From: Candidatus Hodarchaeaceae archaeon
Lineage (GTDB): Archaea; Hadarchaeota; Hadarchaeia; Hadarchaeales; Hadarchaeaceae
Assembly: GCA_030018135.1 (NCBI GenBank)
Contig: JASEGJ010000001.1
Span: 1 to 64,000 of the forward strand
Direction: 5' to 3'
Length of the DNA: 64,000 nucleotides
Part shown: piece after piece, positions 28,563-40,708 of the stretch
Layout: every line of letters begins with the position of its first letter
Position numbering within the stretch: position 1 is the first letter of the stretch
Made by a program: the position numbers and the translations under genes
The notes under the pieces: generated by a model
The model's database searches: none
Told to the model about the DNA's origin: nothing
What the model saw: only the letters and a program-made list of their open reading frames with translations

Positions 28563-29212
28563 GTGCGAGATTTGCCGGTCCTCCTAGAGCTCGTTCGCGC
28601 TGGGGCGCACTTGGCACCGCGCCGACTCACCACCAAGGAGTTGGCCCGCAGACTAGGAATGTCCCAACCAACTGCGGCGCGCAGGTTGGCGGATCTTCAA
28701 GAGCGAGGCTTGATCGCCCGCAGGCTTGGACCGAGGGATCGAAACATAAGTCTGACACCGACGGGCTTGGCAACCTTGCGCTCGTTGCACTTAGAACTGA
28801 GTGCGGCCTTGGGTGAGAAGCCCCGTGCGATGGAGCTGGTGGGACAGGTTGTCTCAGGCCTCGGCGAGGGAAGCTACTACGTGAGCCAAGAGGGGTATCG
28901 GCGGCAGTTCAAACGCGAACTCGGGTTCGAGCCCTACCCCGGGACGCTCGACATCAGGCTTGACAAAACTTCGCTCGGACTCCGGGCGACGCTCTCGGAG
29001 CTGCCCGGCAAGCGCATCGAGGGCTTCAAGGTGCCCGAGCGCACCTTCGGACCAGTTGTGTGCTTCCCGGCCATCCTGCGCGGAACTCGGGTTGCAGTGA
29101 TCCTGCCGTCTCGCAGCCATCATACCGACGTGATCGAACTCATAGCCCCCAAAAACCTGCGCAGGAGTCTAAGGCTCGCGGACGGGGACGCCGTGAAGGT
29201 CGAGGTGAGAAT

Positions 29213-29216
<4 letters not shown>
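28563..29216 (+). CDS. ribK: HTH-fused CTP-dependent riboflavin kinase/regulator RbkR
   Basis: N-terminal HTH; GQVVSGLGEGSYY, PYPGTL, ELIAP.NLR. Confidence 0.92.
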
Positions 29217-30362
<1,146 letters not shown>

Positions 30363-30366
30363 GTAA

Positions 30367-30780
30367 TTGGTCAAGTTAGGAATCGTGGCGTCAGAATTTA
30401 ACTGGGATATCTGCGGACCGATGCTAGAGTTCGCGAGGCGACATGCGGCTTTCTTGGAGGCGGAGGTCGTTGCGGAGGTGCTTGTTTCGGGCGTTTTCGA
30501 GATCCCGTTGGCGGCCAAGAAGCTCGCGGAGAGGCAGGACATCGATGCCGTGGTCACCCTCGGAGCGGTGATAGAGGGCGAAACCGCACACGACGAGGTG
30601 GTGATGCAGCACGCCGCGAGAAAGCTGATCGACCTAGCGGTGCAGTACGGCAAACCCGTCGCGCTCGGCATCTCGGGCCCGGGGATGACCCGAGTGCAGG
30701 GCCTAGAGAGGGTGAACGAGTACGCGAGGCGGGCGGTGGAAGCGGCCGTCAAAACGGCGAGGAGCTTACAGAAGGTGTGA
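30367..30780 (+). CDS. ribH: Lumazine synthase
   Basis: IVASEFN, G.FEIP, LGAVIEGET.HD. Confidence 0.95.
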   Translation: MVKLGIVASEFNWDICGPMLEFARRHAAFLEAEVVAEVLVSGVFEIPLAAKKLAERQDIDAVVTLGAVIEGETAHDEVVMQHAARKLIDLAVQYGKPVALGISGPGMTRVQGLERVNEYARRAVEAAVKTARSLQKV

Positions 30781-31451
30781 GCTTGAACCCTAAAGTCGGC
30801 GTCTTGGCGCTCGGGTCGCACGAGGAGAGGCACGGCGCGGCCCTGCCGCCCGATACAGACGCCAAGCTCGCATCGCACGTCGCGCTCGAGGCCGCCAAAC
30901 GGGCCGGCGCGAAGTTCCTGGGCGTACTTCACTCGTCCTACGAGCTGCCGGACGTCGACACCGGTCGCCACCAGACGCTCGAGCAACTCCTCGATGAGCT
31001 CAGGGCAAGGCTGCTCTCGGCCAAGCAGGTGCTGGGCATTTGTGCGGTCGTCTTGGTCAACGGTCACGGGGGCAATGAACCGTTGCGGGAGCGCCTGCAG
31101 GCGCTCGAGCGAGATCTCGACATGCACGTCGCGTTCAACAACGCCATAGTTGAATTCGAGGGGCCTCACGCCGCCACCGGCGAGCTCAGCATGGGGGCTG
31201 CGATAGGCATCTGCGATGGCTCGAGGCTCGCGGAACACCTGAACTTCAGCAGCCACCCGGAAGTCGGGTTCGTCGGGCTAGAGGGCGCACGGAGGCGCTA
31301 TGCATGGGCAGAGCGACATGCGCAGGAGGTGAGCAGGCAAGGTGTTCGGGTGGACAAGTCCTTGGGCGTCGAACTCGTCGAGCGAGCGGTGTCGGATGTG
31401 ATCGAGGACATCCGCAAACTTTCGAATTTTTTGGGCGAGAGAGATTTTTGA
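30777..31451 (+). CDS. arfB: FAPy-nucleotide deformylase (creatininase family)
   Basis: ALGSHEERHGAALPPDTD, NGHGGN, HA..GE; riboflavin operon. Confidence 0.88.
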   Translation: MSLNPKVGVLALGSHEERHGAALPPDTDAKLASHVALEAAKRAGAKFLGVLHSSYELPDVDTGRHQTLEQLLDELRARLLSAKQVLGICAVVLVNGHGGNEPLRERLQALERDLDMHVAFNNAIVEFEGPHAATGELSMGAAIGICDGSRLAEHLNFSSHPEVGFVGLEGARRRYAWAERHAQEVSRQGVRVDKSLGVELVERAVSDVIEDIRKLSNFLGERDF

Positions 31452-31524
31452 TACAAGTGTATCAAAAATAATAAGCCTTCGCCGACGGTTTTCTGCTTAT
31501 TTGCTAATCGCCCTAGAGAGACGA

Positions 31525-31590
31525 TGTCTGAGGTAAGACAAGATGTCTTAGTTAAGACACCAATTTTAGCGCGCGTCTTAGGTAAGACAT
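31525..31590. repeat. Three more 16-bp palindromes; exact 66-bp copy of 21481-21546
   Basis: Sites at 31525, 31544, 31574 between convergent arfB and idsA. Confidence 0.95.
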
Positions 31591-31605
31591 CCGCCAATTT
31601 AAATG

Positions 31606-32604
31606 CTAAAATTCTCTTTTGATGGTAAAGTCTGCAAGCTCGAGCAACAGTCGCCTCGCCCTAGAGTCGGACAACGCCTTCAATTTCGACTTCGCGGAAG
31701 CCACCAATTCTCTGGCCTTATCTGCGGCATAGCCTATCGTTCCCGTGCGCTTTAGTACCTCGATTGCGGCCACGATCTCTGCTTCAGACGCCCGCTTGTT
31801 GCCGAGCGAGCGCAATAGGATTGCCCGATCCTTCGGTGCCGCCGCCTCAAGCGCGCGGACCACCATGAGCGTGCGCTTGCCCTCGCGGATATCGTTGCCT
31901 ATCGGCTTGCCGAACTTTTCCCGCTCACCGACGATGCCCAGCATATCATCTTGGATTTGAAACGCGATACCTACGAGCCTGCCGTATTCCGCGAGCGCCT
32001 TCACCTGCCTCGGCTTGCCATTGCCGAGCAAGGCCCCAACCCTCGCAGAGGCTTCCATGAGCGCGCCAGTCTTGCTGCTCACCATCTTTAGGTATTCCGT
32101 CTCGCTGACGTCATCGCGCCCCCCAAAAAGCATGTCCAGCGCCTGCCCCTGACATATCTCGAAGCTCGCCCTGCTCACCGTCTCGAAAAGCTCGACGACC
32201 CTGTCGCTCGGTAGATCTAGCCGCTTGGCATTCGCGGCCACCGCCTCGAACACCTTGGCAAAAAGTGCGTCACCGGCAATGATCGCGACGGGCTCCCCCC
32301 AGATCGTGTGCACTGTCTTGACGTTGCGTCGAAATTCATCCCTATCCATGATATCATCGTGGATGAGCGTGAAGTTGTGCAACAGCTCAAGTGCAGCGGC
32401 GGCCTCCATCGCATCTTCTACCCTGCCGCCAACCGCCTCGCACGAGAGCAGTGCTAGACAGGGGCGCAGTCTCTTGCCGCCGGCCTCCAGCAAGTGCCTC
32501 GATGCCCTCGCTAGGACCTCTGGCTCAGCGTCGCGCGGGAACCACTCATCGATCTCCTTTTCAACTTTTCTGGTCATCCCCTGCAGGTATTTCATCAATT
32601 CCAT
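31606..32604 (-). CDS. idsA: Geranylgeranyl diphosphate synthase
   Basis: GGKRLRP, LIHDDIMD, GQALD, FQIQDD. Confidence 0.95.
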   Translation of the reverse strand: MELMKYLQGMTRKVEKEIDEWFPRDAEPEVLARASRHLLEAGGKRLRPCLALLSCEAVGGRVEDAMEAAAALELLHNFTLIHDDIMDRDEFRRNVKTVHTIWGEPVAIIAGDALFAKVFEAVAANAKRLDLPSDRVVELFETVSRASFEICQGQALDMLFGGRDDVSETEYLKMVSSKTGALMEASARVGALLGNGKPRQVKALAEYGRLVGIAFQIQDDMLGIVGEREKFGKPIGNDIREGKRTLMVVRALEAAAPKDRAILLRSLGNKRASEAEIVAAIEVLKRTGTIGYAADKARELVASAKSKLKALSDSRARRLLLELADFTIKREF

Positions 32605-33930
32605 TTAGCCACTCAACCTTAGACACTCGCCGTTCTGCAAAATGTGCAACTGCCTATCGGAGAATCCCAACTCACGCCCGACCCCTGCCATTATTTTCAG
32701 TTTATCCAATGTGCAATGGCACGGCACCAAGTGCTCGGGGTTTATCATCTCTATGAACTCAACGACATCGCGCTTGCCGGCGTGGCCGGAGACGTGGATG
32801 TCTTTACGGACGCGCGCGCCCTGAGCGCGCAACTTGGTCTCGAGCAACTCCCTATTGGATTCGTTTATTGGGTTCGGAATCGTGCTAGCGGAGAAGATCA
32901 CCTCATCACCGCTCCTAATCTTGAGCGGGAGTTCCCCATCCGCTATTCGGGTCAGCAAGGAGGTCGGCTCCCCCTGATGGCCCGTGACCAAAAGCACATA
33001 ATCGTCCCTAGAGCCATCTATCTCCCGCAAGAGGTTATGCACGGCGTTCGGGCGCCCGTGGATGTGCAACTCGGGCGGAAAATCCACCAAGCCGAGTTTG
33101 GAGGCGATCTTGCAATAAGTGTGCAACGACCGCCCCAATAAAACCGGTGTGCGCCCGATATCAAAGGAAATGTCGACGATTGACTTAATGCGAGTGATGT
33201 GCGAGGAGAAAGTCGTCGCAAAAATTGCGCCGCTATTTGAAGTTGCCTCCGTCATGACCTCCCTCAGCATGTCCCTCGCGTGCGCCTCAGAGGGCGTCGG
33301 CCCAGGCTCGTCCACCCTGACCGCCCCCACCAAGGCTGCGCACAATCCGTCCTTGGCCAACCTTTTTAAGCGGTCGTAGTCGGTGGTATAGCCGAGCAGG
33401 GGCTCATCGTCAAACTTGAAGTCGCTCGCGCAGAGCACCGAACTGTCCGAACCCTGAACCAGCACCAAAGCCGTCTGCAGGATGCTGTGCGTCGCGCCTA
33501 TGAACTCCAATCTAATATCACCAACATCGATGGCATCGCCCGGCATCGCTGTCTTAAACTCGTTCCCGACCTCAAACGTGCGTTCCTCGCGTACTATCTG
33601 CTTTGCGAGCTCTACGGTGAAGGGCGTGCCGTAAATCGGCGCATCGTACGCATGCGCCAGCTTGCCTACCGCGCCTATGTGATCGAGGTGTCCATGGGAG
33701 AGGACAATCGCCAAAACCTCGCGGTCAAGTATGAGCGTGTCATTCGGTATGCAATTCATGTTAATCAGTTCCCTCCTGCCCATTCCGCTGATATCGATGT
33801 CCTCAAATCCGAGGATGCTATCGAGCCTGATCCCCATATCGACCAAGACGTATTCGCCATCGAACCCAATCGCGGTCATGTTCTTGCCCACCTCACCGAG
33901 GCCGCCCAACGGGAGAATTTCAACCGTCAT
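32605..33930 (-). CDS. rnj: Archaeal RNase J
   Basis: [30 protein letters not shown]; position next to fni/idsA. Confidence 0.92.
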   Translation of the reverse strand: MTVEILPLGGLGEVGKNMTAIGFDGEYVLVDMGIRLDSILGFEDIDISGMGRRELINMNCIPNDTLILDREVLAIVLSHGHLDHIGAVGKLAHAYDAPIYGTPFTVELAKQIVREERTFEVGNEFKTAMPGDAIDVGDIRLEFIGATHSILQTALVLVQGSDSSVLCASDFKFDDEPLLGYTTDYDRLKRLAKDGLCAALVGAVRVDEPGPTPSEAHARDMLREVMTEATSNSGAIFATTFSSHITRIKSIVDISFDIGRTPVLLGRSLHTYCKIASKLGLVDFPPELHIHGRPNAVHNLLREIDGSRDDYVLLVTGHQGEPTSLLTRIADGELPLKIRSGDEVIFSASTIPNPINESNRELLETKLRAQGARVRKDIHVSGHAGKRDVVEFIEMINPEHLVPCHCTLDKLKIMAGVGRELGFSDRQLHILQNGECLRLSG

Positions 33931-35011
33931 TCCTGCCCCTCCTGCCAAACTTCTCCAGATCTAAGCCACGGGCCAAAAACCAATCGCGCGTCGTCCCCGT
34001 GACCACAATCTCCGCCCTCTTAAAATCACCGACGTGCGAGCAACCAAGCAGAAACATGGCGACGCGGAGCTGGTCAATGAAGCTCTTTAGCCAAGTCAAG
34101 ACCGCTAGTTTGCCGCGCGCTGCAGATCTCAGAAGTGGGAGCGCCACGCCCACCATATCCGCACCTAGCGCCAGCGCCTTCGCCGCATCTACTCCATTTC
34201 GCAGGCCGCCGCTCGCGATGACCGGCACATCGACCGCCTCAGCGACCTCCGCGGTGCAAACTGCCGTTGGAATACCCCAGTCCCAAAAAACATCACCCAG
34301 ATTTGCCTTCGAGGCCGAGCGAAGGGCCTCAACGCCCGCCCAGGAGGTGCCGCCCGCCCCGCTGACATCTACCGCGGAAGCGCCCGCATCTACAAGTTTT
34401 TTCGCCACCCGCGCGCTTATGCCCCCTCCCGTCTCCTTCGCGATCACCGGAGCATCGAGCGCGGCACAGATCTCCGCGAATTTTTTGAGACAATCTCGAT
34501 ACTTAGGCTCCCCCTCCGGCTGCGCCACCTCTTGCAACGGGTTCATGTGGATGGAAAGCGCGTCCGCATCTATCATCTCCAACGCCTTTCGGGCCTCCGC
34601 CGCGCCGCAGCCCTGGGCCAGCTGAGCCATGCCCAAATTGCCGATGAGGAGGATGTCCGGCGCAACGCTGCGGACATCGTATGTTTTCGCGAGCTTCGGG
34701 TCCTCGAGCGCTGCGCGCTGGCTACCCACGCTGAAGGCGAGACCTAGCTCCTGTGCTACCTGACCCAACGTCAGGTTCAGTTTACGACCGCGCGGGTGGC
34801 CGCCCGTCATCGCGCAAATCATCACGGGCGCTTTCAGCTCTTTCCCCAAAAACGTGGTGCGTAGGTCAATGTCCTCCAAATTTAGCTCCGGCAATGCATT
34901 ATGCACGAGTTCTACGTTCTCGAAGCCGGTAGTCTTGTTGCGCGCCTCGACATCCTCGCGCAAACATATATTGATGTGGTCAAGTTTCCGACCCACGGTT
35001 TTTTTACCCAT
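33920..35011 (-). CDS. fni: Type 2 isopentenyl-diphosphate isomerase
   Basis: RKLDHI, MTGG, GSQR, H.N.LQE..QPEG, GAGGTSW. Confidence 0.97.
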   Translation of the reverse strand: MGKKTVGRKLDHINICLREDVEARNKTTGFENVELVHNALPELNLEDIDLRTTFLGKELKAPVMICAMTGGHPRGRKLNLTLGQVAQELGLAFSVGSQRAALEDPKLAKTYDVRSVAPDILLIGNLGMAQLAQGCGAAEARKALEMIDADALSIHMNPLQEVAQPEGEPKYRDCLKKFAEICAALDAPVIAKETGGGISARVAKKLVDAGASAVDVSGAGGTSWAGVEALRSASKANLGDVFWDWGIPTAVCTAEVAEAVDVPVIASGGLRNGVDAAKALALGADMVGVALPLLRSAARGKLAVLTWLKSFIDQLRVAMFLLGCSHVGDFKRAEIVVTGTTRDWFLARGLDLEKFGRRGRNDG

Positions 35012-35015
35012 GCGA

Positions 35016-35813
35016 TCATCCCATCGTTATCATGGTACCGAGCCCCCGTTCGCCGAGTACCGCGCGCCTCAAAATGTTTGGCTTCGCGGCATTAATGATC
35101 TCTGCCTCCACAGCGTGCTCGGCGAGCGCCAAGAGCTCCCTGACCTTATTCGCCATCCCGCCCGTGACATCCGGGCCGCCTGCCGCGCTAATCGGCTCGG
35201 CGATCCCCGGCCAACTGGTTGGCGTTATCGTCCGTATCAACTTAGCACTTTTTCGCACTTTTGGATTCGCGGTGTAAACTCCGTCGACATCGACGCAGAC
35301 TATAATGCGAGACGCCCCGAGTTCCCGCGCGAGGTGGACGACGAGCTGGTCGCCCGAGAGGATGCCCATGCCCCTGCTCAAATCCGGCACAGCATCGCCG
35401 TACAAAACTGGCACGATGCCGAGCTCGAGCAGTTTGCGCGCTGGCGTCAACTCCATGGATTTGATCCGCCCGTCGATGACCGTGGTACATGCGGACGGCT
35501 GAACCGCCATGGCCGGCAAGCCAGCCCTCTGAAGGGCTTCGACGACATGGGCATTGAGCTTCTCCATGGCCCGATGAGTGAGCGAGAGGCCAATTAGCTG
35601 CCGCTTGTCCCCGTAGCCTCCAGCGATACCATATTTAGATGCCATCGGATGCCCGAACGAACCGCCGCCGTGCACAATTACCAGCGGCTCCTTCGCAGCC
35701 GCCAATTCCCCGGCGAGCCTCCTGAGCGCGGCGCGCCTAACTGAGAACTTCCTGCGCTTGTCGGTTATGACGCTGCCGCCGAGCTTTACTATTAGGGGTT
35801 TCGTTTTAATCAC
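35016..35813 (-). CDS. ipk: Isopentenyl phosphate kinase
   Basis: [27 protein letters not shown]. Confidence 0.93.
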   Translation of the reverse strand: MIKTKPLIVKLGGSVITDKRRKFSVRRAALRRLAGELAAAKEPLVIVHGGGSFGHPMASKYGIAGGYGDKRQLIGLSLTHRAMEKLNAHVVEALQRAGLPAMAVQPSACTTVIDGRIKSMELTPARKLLELGIVPVLYGDAVPDLSRGMGILSGDQLVVHLARELGASRIIVCVDVDGVYTANPKVRKSAKLIRTITPTSWPGIAEPISAAGGPDVTGGMANKVRELLALAEHAVEAEIINAAKPNILRRAVLGERGLGTMITMG

Positions 35814-36652
35814 CTGATTACCGCAATCGAGCCGTAGCCGACGACCTGCGGCATCGGTCCAGCAGTATCGCCGCTGGTCGCATATTTTAGCAGCTTGGCC
35901 CTCTTCGCCCCCAACTCCACAGCGGCACACAGCATGGCCGCGACAGGACCAGACCCACACATGCTGATATCCTTATCGTAAACAGTTCGCAGTAGGCCTC
36001 GCCAGTCCAAGGCTAAGATTTTATCTATAGCCATCCTGTCCTTTGCCGCCGCGGACTGTTGGAGCTCGTAGTGCGTGAAGTCCGTGGACGCGAGGATGAC
36101 GGCGTCCCCCTTCGCCACCGCCTTGGCGATGGCCCCTCCGACCTCCCTGCTCGTCTCCTCATCCTGCATCATCATGCATATGGGCACGATGCCGAACCGA
36201 TCGCCGAAAAGGTGCTGCAGGAAGGGGAGCTGCACCTCAAGTGAATGCTCGTGCGCGTGCGCGACCTCGTCGACATCAATCAAATCCGACCCCTTCCCGA
36301 TCGCCTCGGCCAAAGGGCGATCTATCCCAACCTTGCCCAGCGGCGTGAACCACTCGCCGGATGTCATTATGGAGACCCCCGAGCCCACGCCCGTGTGATT
36401 TGGGCCTATGATCACGACCGACTTCGGCCTGCCATCCCTAGCAATGTAGGCGAAGCCGTGGGCCGCGACAGGGCCGGAATACATGTAGCCCGCGTGCGGC
36501 GAAACCAATCCTATCAATGAACGCTCGCCGGCCGAGACCCGCGGCACCTCGCCGGGGCCATGGGCGTGGGCATAGCACCATTCGATCTGCTCCCTGAGCG
36601 AACTGGCATCGCCCTCGTAAAACGTCCCGGCCACCGCAGGTCTACGCGTCAA
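35810..36652 (-). CDS. MEMO1 family protein (AmmeMemoRadiSam B)
   Basis: RRPAVAGTFY, PHAGY.YSG, EHSLEVQLPF, STDFTHY, MCG.GP. Confidence 0.95.
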   Translation of the reverse strand: MTRRPAVAGTFYEGDASSLREQIEWCYAHAHGPGEVPRVSAGERSLIGLVSPHAGYMYSGPVAAHGFAYIARDGRPKSVVIIGPNHTGVGSGVSIMTSGEWFTPLGKVGIDRPLAEAIGKGSDLIDVDEVAHAHEHSLEVQLPFLQHLFGDRFGIVPICMMMQDEETSREVGGAIAKAVAKGDAVILASTDFTHYELQQSAAAKDRMAIDKILALDWRGLLRTVYDKDISMCGSGPVAAMLCAAVELGAKRAKLLKYATSGDTAGPMPQVVGYGSIAVIR

Positions 36653-36656
36653 GCGC

Positions 36657-37283
36657 TCACCGCTCGGGCTTCGTCTCGAACTCCTCCACCGAGACGCCGA
36701 ACTCCTGATCCGGCGCCAGCTCACCCCGCTCGCGCAGGACCTGCCTCGCTAGGAGCCAGTAGACGAGCGCGAGTGCCTTCCTCCCCTTGTTGTTCGTGGG
36801 GATGACCAAATCTATGTCCGCGGTCTCGTTGTCGGTATCGCAAAGGCCGACTATGGGTATGCCGACCTCGGCGGCCTCGCGCAGGGGCTGCTCATCCGCG
36901 ATGGGATCCGTCACCGTGAGCACGCTCGGCTCCATGTAGCCCTTGTAGGAGGGATTTGTAAGCGTCCCCGGGATGAACCTGCCCGGCATGACGACCGCGC
37001 GCGTTACCTCGCCGAACTTTGTCGCCGGCCTCTGCCCGTACTGCCTAGCCGAAACGACGAGCACGCGCTCCGGCTCGAACTTTGCCAAAAACTTGCCCGC
37101 TAGGCGAACCCGCTCGTCCGTCTTACGCACATCCAACACATAAAGCCCATCTGGCCTAGCACGATAGATAAAAGGCACCATGGCGCCCGTCTTCTGCCTT
37201 GTGCCTATGTGGACCCCGCTGGAGAGGTACTGGTCCATATCTATGAGCACCTCGCCACCCTCTACAAAGTCTCCTACTTCCAT
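36657..37283 (-). CDS. rps2: 30S ribosomal protein S2
   Basis: [22 protein letters not shown]. Confidence 0.97.
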   Translation of the reverse strand: MEVGDFVEGGEVLIDMDQYLSSGVHIGTRQKTGAMVPFIYRARPDGLYVLDVRKTDERVRLAGKFLAKFEPERVLVVSARQYGQRPATKFGEVTRAVVMPGRFIPGTLTNPSYKGYMEPSVLTVTDPIADEQPLREAAEVGIPIVGLCDTDNETADIDLVIPTNNKGRKALALVYWLLARQVLRERGELAPDQEFGVSVEEFETKPER

Positions 37284-38545
37284 GGCAACTCCCCCATCCT
37301 TGCTTGTTCTCCTAACTCCTCCTCAATGCGGATGAGCTCATTAAGCTTGGCCACGCGCTCGCCGCCGACCACGCCGGTCTTGATGATCGGACACTCGAAG
37401 CCGACCGCTAGGTGCGCGATCGTTTCGTCGGAGGTCTCGCCGGAGCGATGCGACATCACGGGCACGTAGCCGTGCTGCCTCGCCAGCTGGACCGCGACAT
37501 GCGTATCGCTCAGCGTGCCTATCTGGTTCGGCTTTATCAGCACTGCATTTGCCGCGCCTAGTTTAATTCCCTTGCGTATTCTGGCGACGTTCGTGACGAA
37601 GAGGTCGTCGCCGCATATCAGGCACCTCTTCGCCTTTTTTGTAATTTCCGCGAAGGACTCAAAATCGTCCTCGCGCAGCGGGTCCTCGACGTAGAAGGGC
37701 TCGTATGTCTCGATGAGTTCAAGCACGAAATCTATTTGCTCACCGGTGTCGCGTGCCGCGCCCTCTCTTTTGTATACGTACTTTTTCTTCCCTGAGTCGT
37801 ACAGGCCGCTCGCCGCGAAGTCCAGCCCAGGTCTGATCTTGAAGCCCATCTCCTCGCTGATTTCCTCGCATGCCCGCGCCACGAGCTCTAAAGCCTCAAC
37901 ATTGCCCAAGTTTGGGGCCCAAGCGCCCTCATCGCCCTTCCCGCCGGTGAATGTCCCGTCCTTGGCCTCGATCAAGGCCCTAACCCTTCGGTGAACTTGC
38001 GAGTTCGCGAAAGCTGCATCGACAAATCTGCCGGCGTCAGTCGGGATGACCAAAAATTCCTGGATATCCGGCGCCATTCGGCCGGCATGAGCCCCACCGC
38101 CCAGCACGTTGCCGAGCGGATACGGCAATTTGGTCGCTTGCTCGCCGCCCAAGTACTTGTAGAGGGGTAAATTGAGCGCGGCGGACGCGGCCTTCGCGAC
38201 CGCCATCGAGACCGCGACCGCAGCGTTGCCGCCGATCCTGCTCAAATCGGGCGTGCCGTCCAGCTTCCGGAGCAAGGCGTCGATCCGTTTTTGATCGGTG
38301 ACCTCCATGCCGACGAGTCTTGGAGCGACGACCCTTTTAACCCCCTCGACGGCACCATCGACGCCGCCCTTGGGTAAAGCGGTGACCTCGTGCCTGCCCT
38401 TGCTCGCTCCGCTCGGGGCCGCCGCCCTGCCGAAGCCCACCTTGGTACCTACCTCGTCCTCTGCCACGACATCCACCTCTACGGTCGGGTTGGCACGGCT
38501 ATCGAGGATCTTGCGCGCGGATATGCTGCTGATTATCGCCCGCAC
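37274..38545 (-). CDS. eno: Enolase (start approximate)
   Basis: [39 protein letters not shown]. Confidence 0.97.
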   Translation of the reverse strand: MRAIISSISARKILDSRANPTVEVDVVAEDEVGTKVGFGRAAAPSGASKGRHEVTALPKGGVDGAVEGVKRVVAPRLVGMEVTDQKRIDALLRKLDGTPDLSRIGGNAAVAVSMAVAKAASAALNLPLYKYLGGEQATKLPYPLGNVLGGGAHAGRMAPDIQEFLVIPTDAGRFVDAAFANSQVHRRVRALIEAKDGTFTGGKGDEGAWAPNLGNVEALELVARACEEISEEMGFKIRPGLDFAASGLYDSGKKKYVYKREGAARDTGEQIDFVLELIETYEPFYVEDPLREDDFESFAEITKKAKRCLICGDDLFVTNVARIRKGIKLGAANAVLIKPNQIGTLSDTHVAVQLARQHGYVPVMSHRSGETSDETIAHLAVGFECPIIKTGVVGGERVAKLNELIRIEEELGEQARMGELPWK

Positions 38546-38644
38546 TTTTATCGCCACCCAAGACATCATCACCGAGGTTTAAGTAGCTACCTCGAGCGCT
38601 GGCAAAATGATTTAAGCAATTCAGTTCAAAACATTTCCGATGAA

Positions 38645-39391
38645 ATGCGGGCCACCGTCATCATTCCGGCGAAGAACGAGGGCCCCACCATCGCGAAGGT
38701 CGTGCAAGCTGCAAAGCAATCCCAATCGGTCGATGAAGTTATCGTCGTGGATGGCCATTCTGATGATAACACCACCGAGGAGGCGCGTAAGGCTGGAGCT
38801 AAAGTCGTGATGCAATCGAAGAGGGGCTACCCGGCTAAAGGCATAGCTATGCGGGACGGCCTCCGGGCGGCGCGCAACGACGTGATCGCATACGTCGACG
38901 CGGACATCGTCAACATGGAGCCCAACATGATCGAGCAGCTGCTGGAGCCGATAATGAAGGGCGAGGCCGACTTCGTCAAGGGCACCTTCGAACGAGCGGG
39001 GGGGAGGGTGACGGAGCTTGTCGCTAAACCCCTCTTAAAGATGTTCTTCCCGGAGGCATCTGGTTTTTCGCAGCCGCTCGGCGGGGAAATCGCCGGCAGG
39101 CGGTGGGTATTCGAGCAAATAAAGTTTGAGGAGAATTGGGGCGTCGACATCGGCATCCTAATAGATGTGGTGAAGATGGGCGCGAGGGTCAAGGAGGTTC
39201 ACATAGGTTTCAAGGACCACATAATGAAGCCCCTCCTCGACCTGCAGGAAATGGCCTATCAGGTGGCGGAGGCCATAATAAAAAGGGCCGAGGCCGAAAA
39301 CGCCTTGAAGAGCGTCGCCTGGATATCCCGCCCCGCGAGCAAGATCACCCATCACGAAGGGGCCGAGGCTGAAAAACAACAGGAAAATTAG
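38645..39391 (+). CDS. GT2 glycosyltransferase, glucosyl-3-phosphoglycerate synthase-like
   Basis: IPAKNE, DAD, GGRVTELVAKPLL, QPLGGE.A, WGVDIG.LID. Confidence 0.75.
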   Translation: MRATVIIPAKNEGPTIAKVVQAAKQSQSVDEVIVVDGHSDDNTTEEARKAGAKVVMQSKRGYPAKGIAMRDGLRAARNDVIAYVDADIVNMEPNMIEQLLEPIMKGEADFVKGTFERAGGRVTELVAKPLLKMFFPEASGFSQPLGGEIAGRRWVFEQIKFEENWGVDIGILIDVVKMGARVKEVHIGFKDHIMKPLLDLQEMAYQVAEAIIKRAEAENALKSVAWISRPASKITHHEGAEAEKQQEN

Positions 39392-39442
39392 AATGGCTCA
39401 AAAAGCAGGAGCCCTAAAAATGCTGAAAGGTGGCGAGGGACT

Positions 39443-40081
39443 TTGCGGCTCATAGTCTTTGATTTCGATGGGACGCTGATGGACGGCAGGCTCATCGACG
39501 TCCTCGCCCAACGCTTTGGCTTTGAGGAAAAGCTCATGAAGGTGTTTGAGAGCACGGTTCCGGGACACGTACAATCGTTAAAGGTCGCCCGATTGTTGAG
39601 GGGCATTAAACTGCAAGATGTGCTGAAAGCGGCCCGAAACTTAAGATTCATGCCGGGCGCCCGTGAGGTCCTCAATGGCCTTAAGGTCAAAGGCTACATC
39701 ACGGGCATAATAAGCGATAGCTACAAACGAGCGATCGAAAGCGCGGTCGAGGGATTGCCCATCGACTTCGTGATGGCGAACGAGCTCGCGGTGGAAGACG
39801 GAACTCTGACGGGCGAGATACGGATGCCGCTGGGCTGGGCGAAGGATGAGGACTGCCTAAGGCACTCCGTCTGCAAGCTCACGGCCCTACGGGAGGCCGC
39901 GAGGCGCTATGGCGCGAGCATGGATGAAACGATCGCGGTCGGCAATGGTGAGGTCGACATCTGCATGGTCGAGGCCGCGGGCTTGGGGATAGCGTTCAAT
40001 CCCAATTCCTCAAAACTAAAACGAGTTGCGGACGTCGTGATAGAGTCGAGGGATTTAAGGCCGATATTGAACTATGCCTGA
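39443..40081 (+). CDS. HAD-IB phosphatase (SerB-like)
   Basis: FDFDGTL, IISD, K, VGNG..D..M. Confidence 0.85.
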   Translation: MRLIVFDFDGTLMDGRLIDVLAQRFGFEEKLMKVFESTVPGHVQSLKVARLLRGIKLQDVLKAARNLRFMPGAREVLNGLKVKGYITGIISDSYKRAIESAVEGLPIDFVMANELAVEDGTLTGEIRMPLGWAKDEDCLRHSVCKLTALREAARRYGASMDETIAVGNGEVDICMVEAAGLGIAFNPNSSKLKRVADVVIESRDLRPILNYA

Positions 40082-40115
40082 ACAGTTCACGTTTCCATCG
40101 CAATTTTTAAAATAT

Positions 40116-40127
40116 ATCAAATTTGAT
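40116..40127. promoter_or_regulatory. Palindrome ATCAAATTTGAT just downstream of TATA-like box; candidate PadR operator
   Basis: Perfect 12-bp palindrome after TTTTTAAA, 35 nt before padR. Confidence 0.4.
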
Positions 40128-40162
40128 TATCAATAACGATATTATGTGTTAATGGTGATACA

Positions 40163-40708
40163 ATGGGACATTTGCATCTCGTTAAACACTGGATGAAACA
40201 CACTGCTGCCGCCCCAAAGGGCTTCCTTCGGTATTATGTCCTAGAACTGCTTAATGCGAAGCCCATGTCCGGCTCGGAACTTATGGGCGAAATTAAAAAA
40301 CAAAGCGGAGGATGCTGGAAGCCCAGCCCGGGTTCTATATATCCCCTCCTAGCGTGGTTGCAGGACGAGGGGTACATAAAAGAAGTGTCAACCGAAGAAG
40401 GTGGGAGAAAGCGATATGCGCTCACCGACAGAGGAAAAACATTCTTTGAGGAGCACCTGAAAATAAAGAAGGAATTCCGCAGAAGGCTGAAGTTCTTCGC
40501 CCCGCCATTCTTTGGACCGATGTGGCTCGATCTCCACTCCGGGAGGGCAAGCGAGTTGCGAGAGGCCATGAAAAAGTTGGTGATTGCGCTATGGAATTTA
40601 AGGGGCAGGCTCGAAGAAAAATATATAGAACAAGCGGTGGCCGATGCCAAAGACGTGCTTAACCGAGCTGCCAAGGAAATAGAGGAAATAAATAGGAAGT
40701 TGGGGTGA
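40163..40708 (+). CDS. PadR family regulator
   Basis: P.SG.EL, WKPSPGSIYPLL..L, Y.LTD.G. Confidence 0.92.
   Translation: MGHLHLVKHWMKHTAAAPKGFLRYYVLELLNAKPMSGSELMGEIKKQSGGCWKPSPGSIYPLLAWLQDEGYIKEVSTEEGGRKRYALTDRGKTFFEEHLKIKKEFRRRLKFFAPPFFGPMWLDLHSGRASELREAMKKLVIALWNLRGRLEEKYIEQAVADAKDVLNRAAKEIEEINRKLG

Noticed and set aside
38681-38690. GGCCCCACCA as att copy of tRNA-Pro 3' end
   Set aside because: Only 10 bp, inverted relative to the tRNA and inside a coding sequence.
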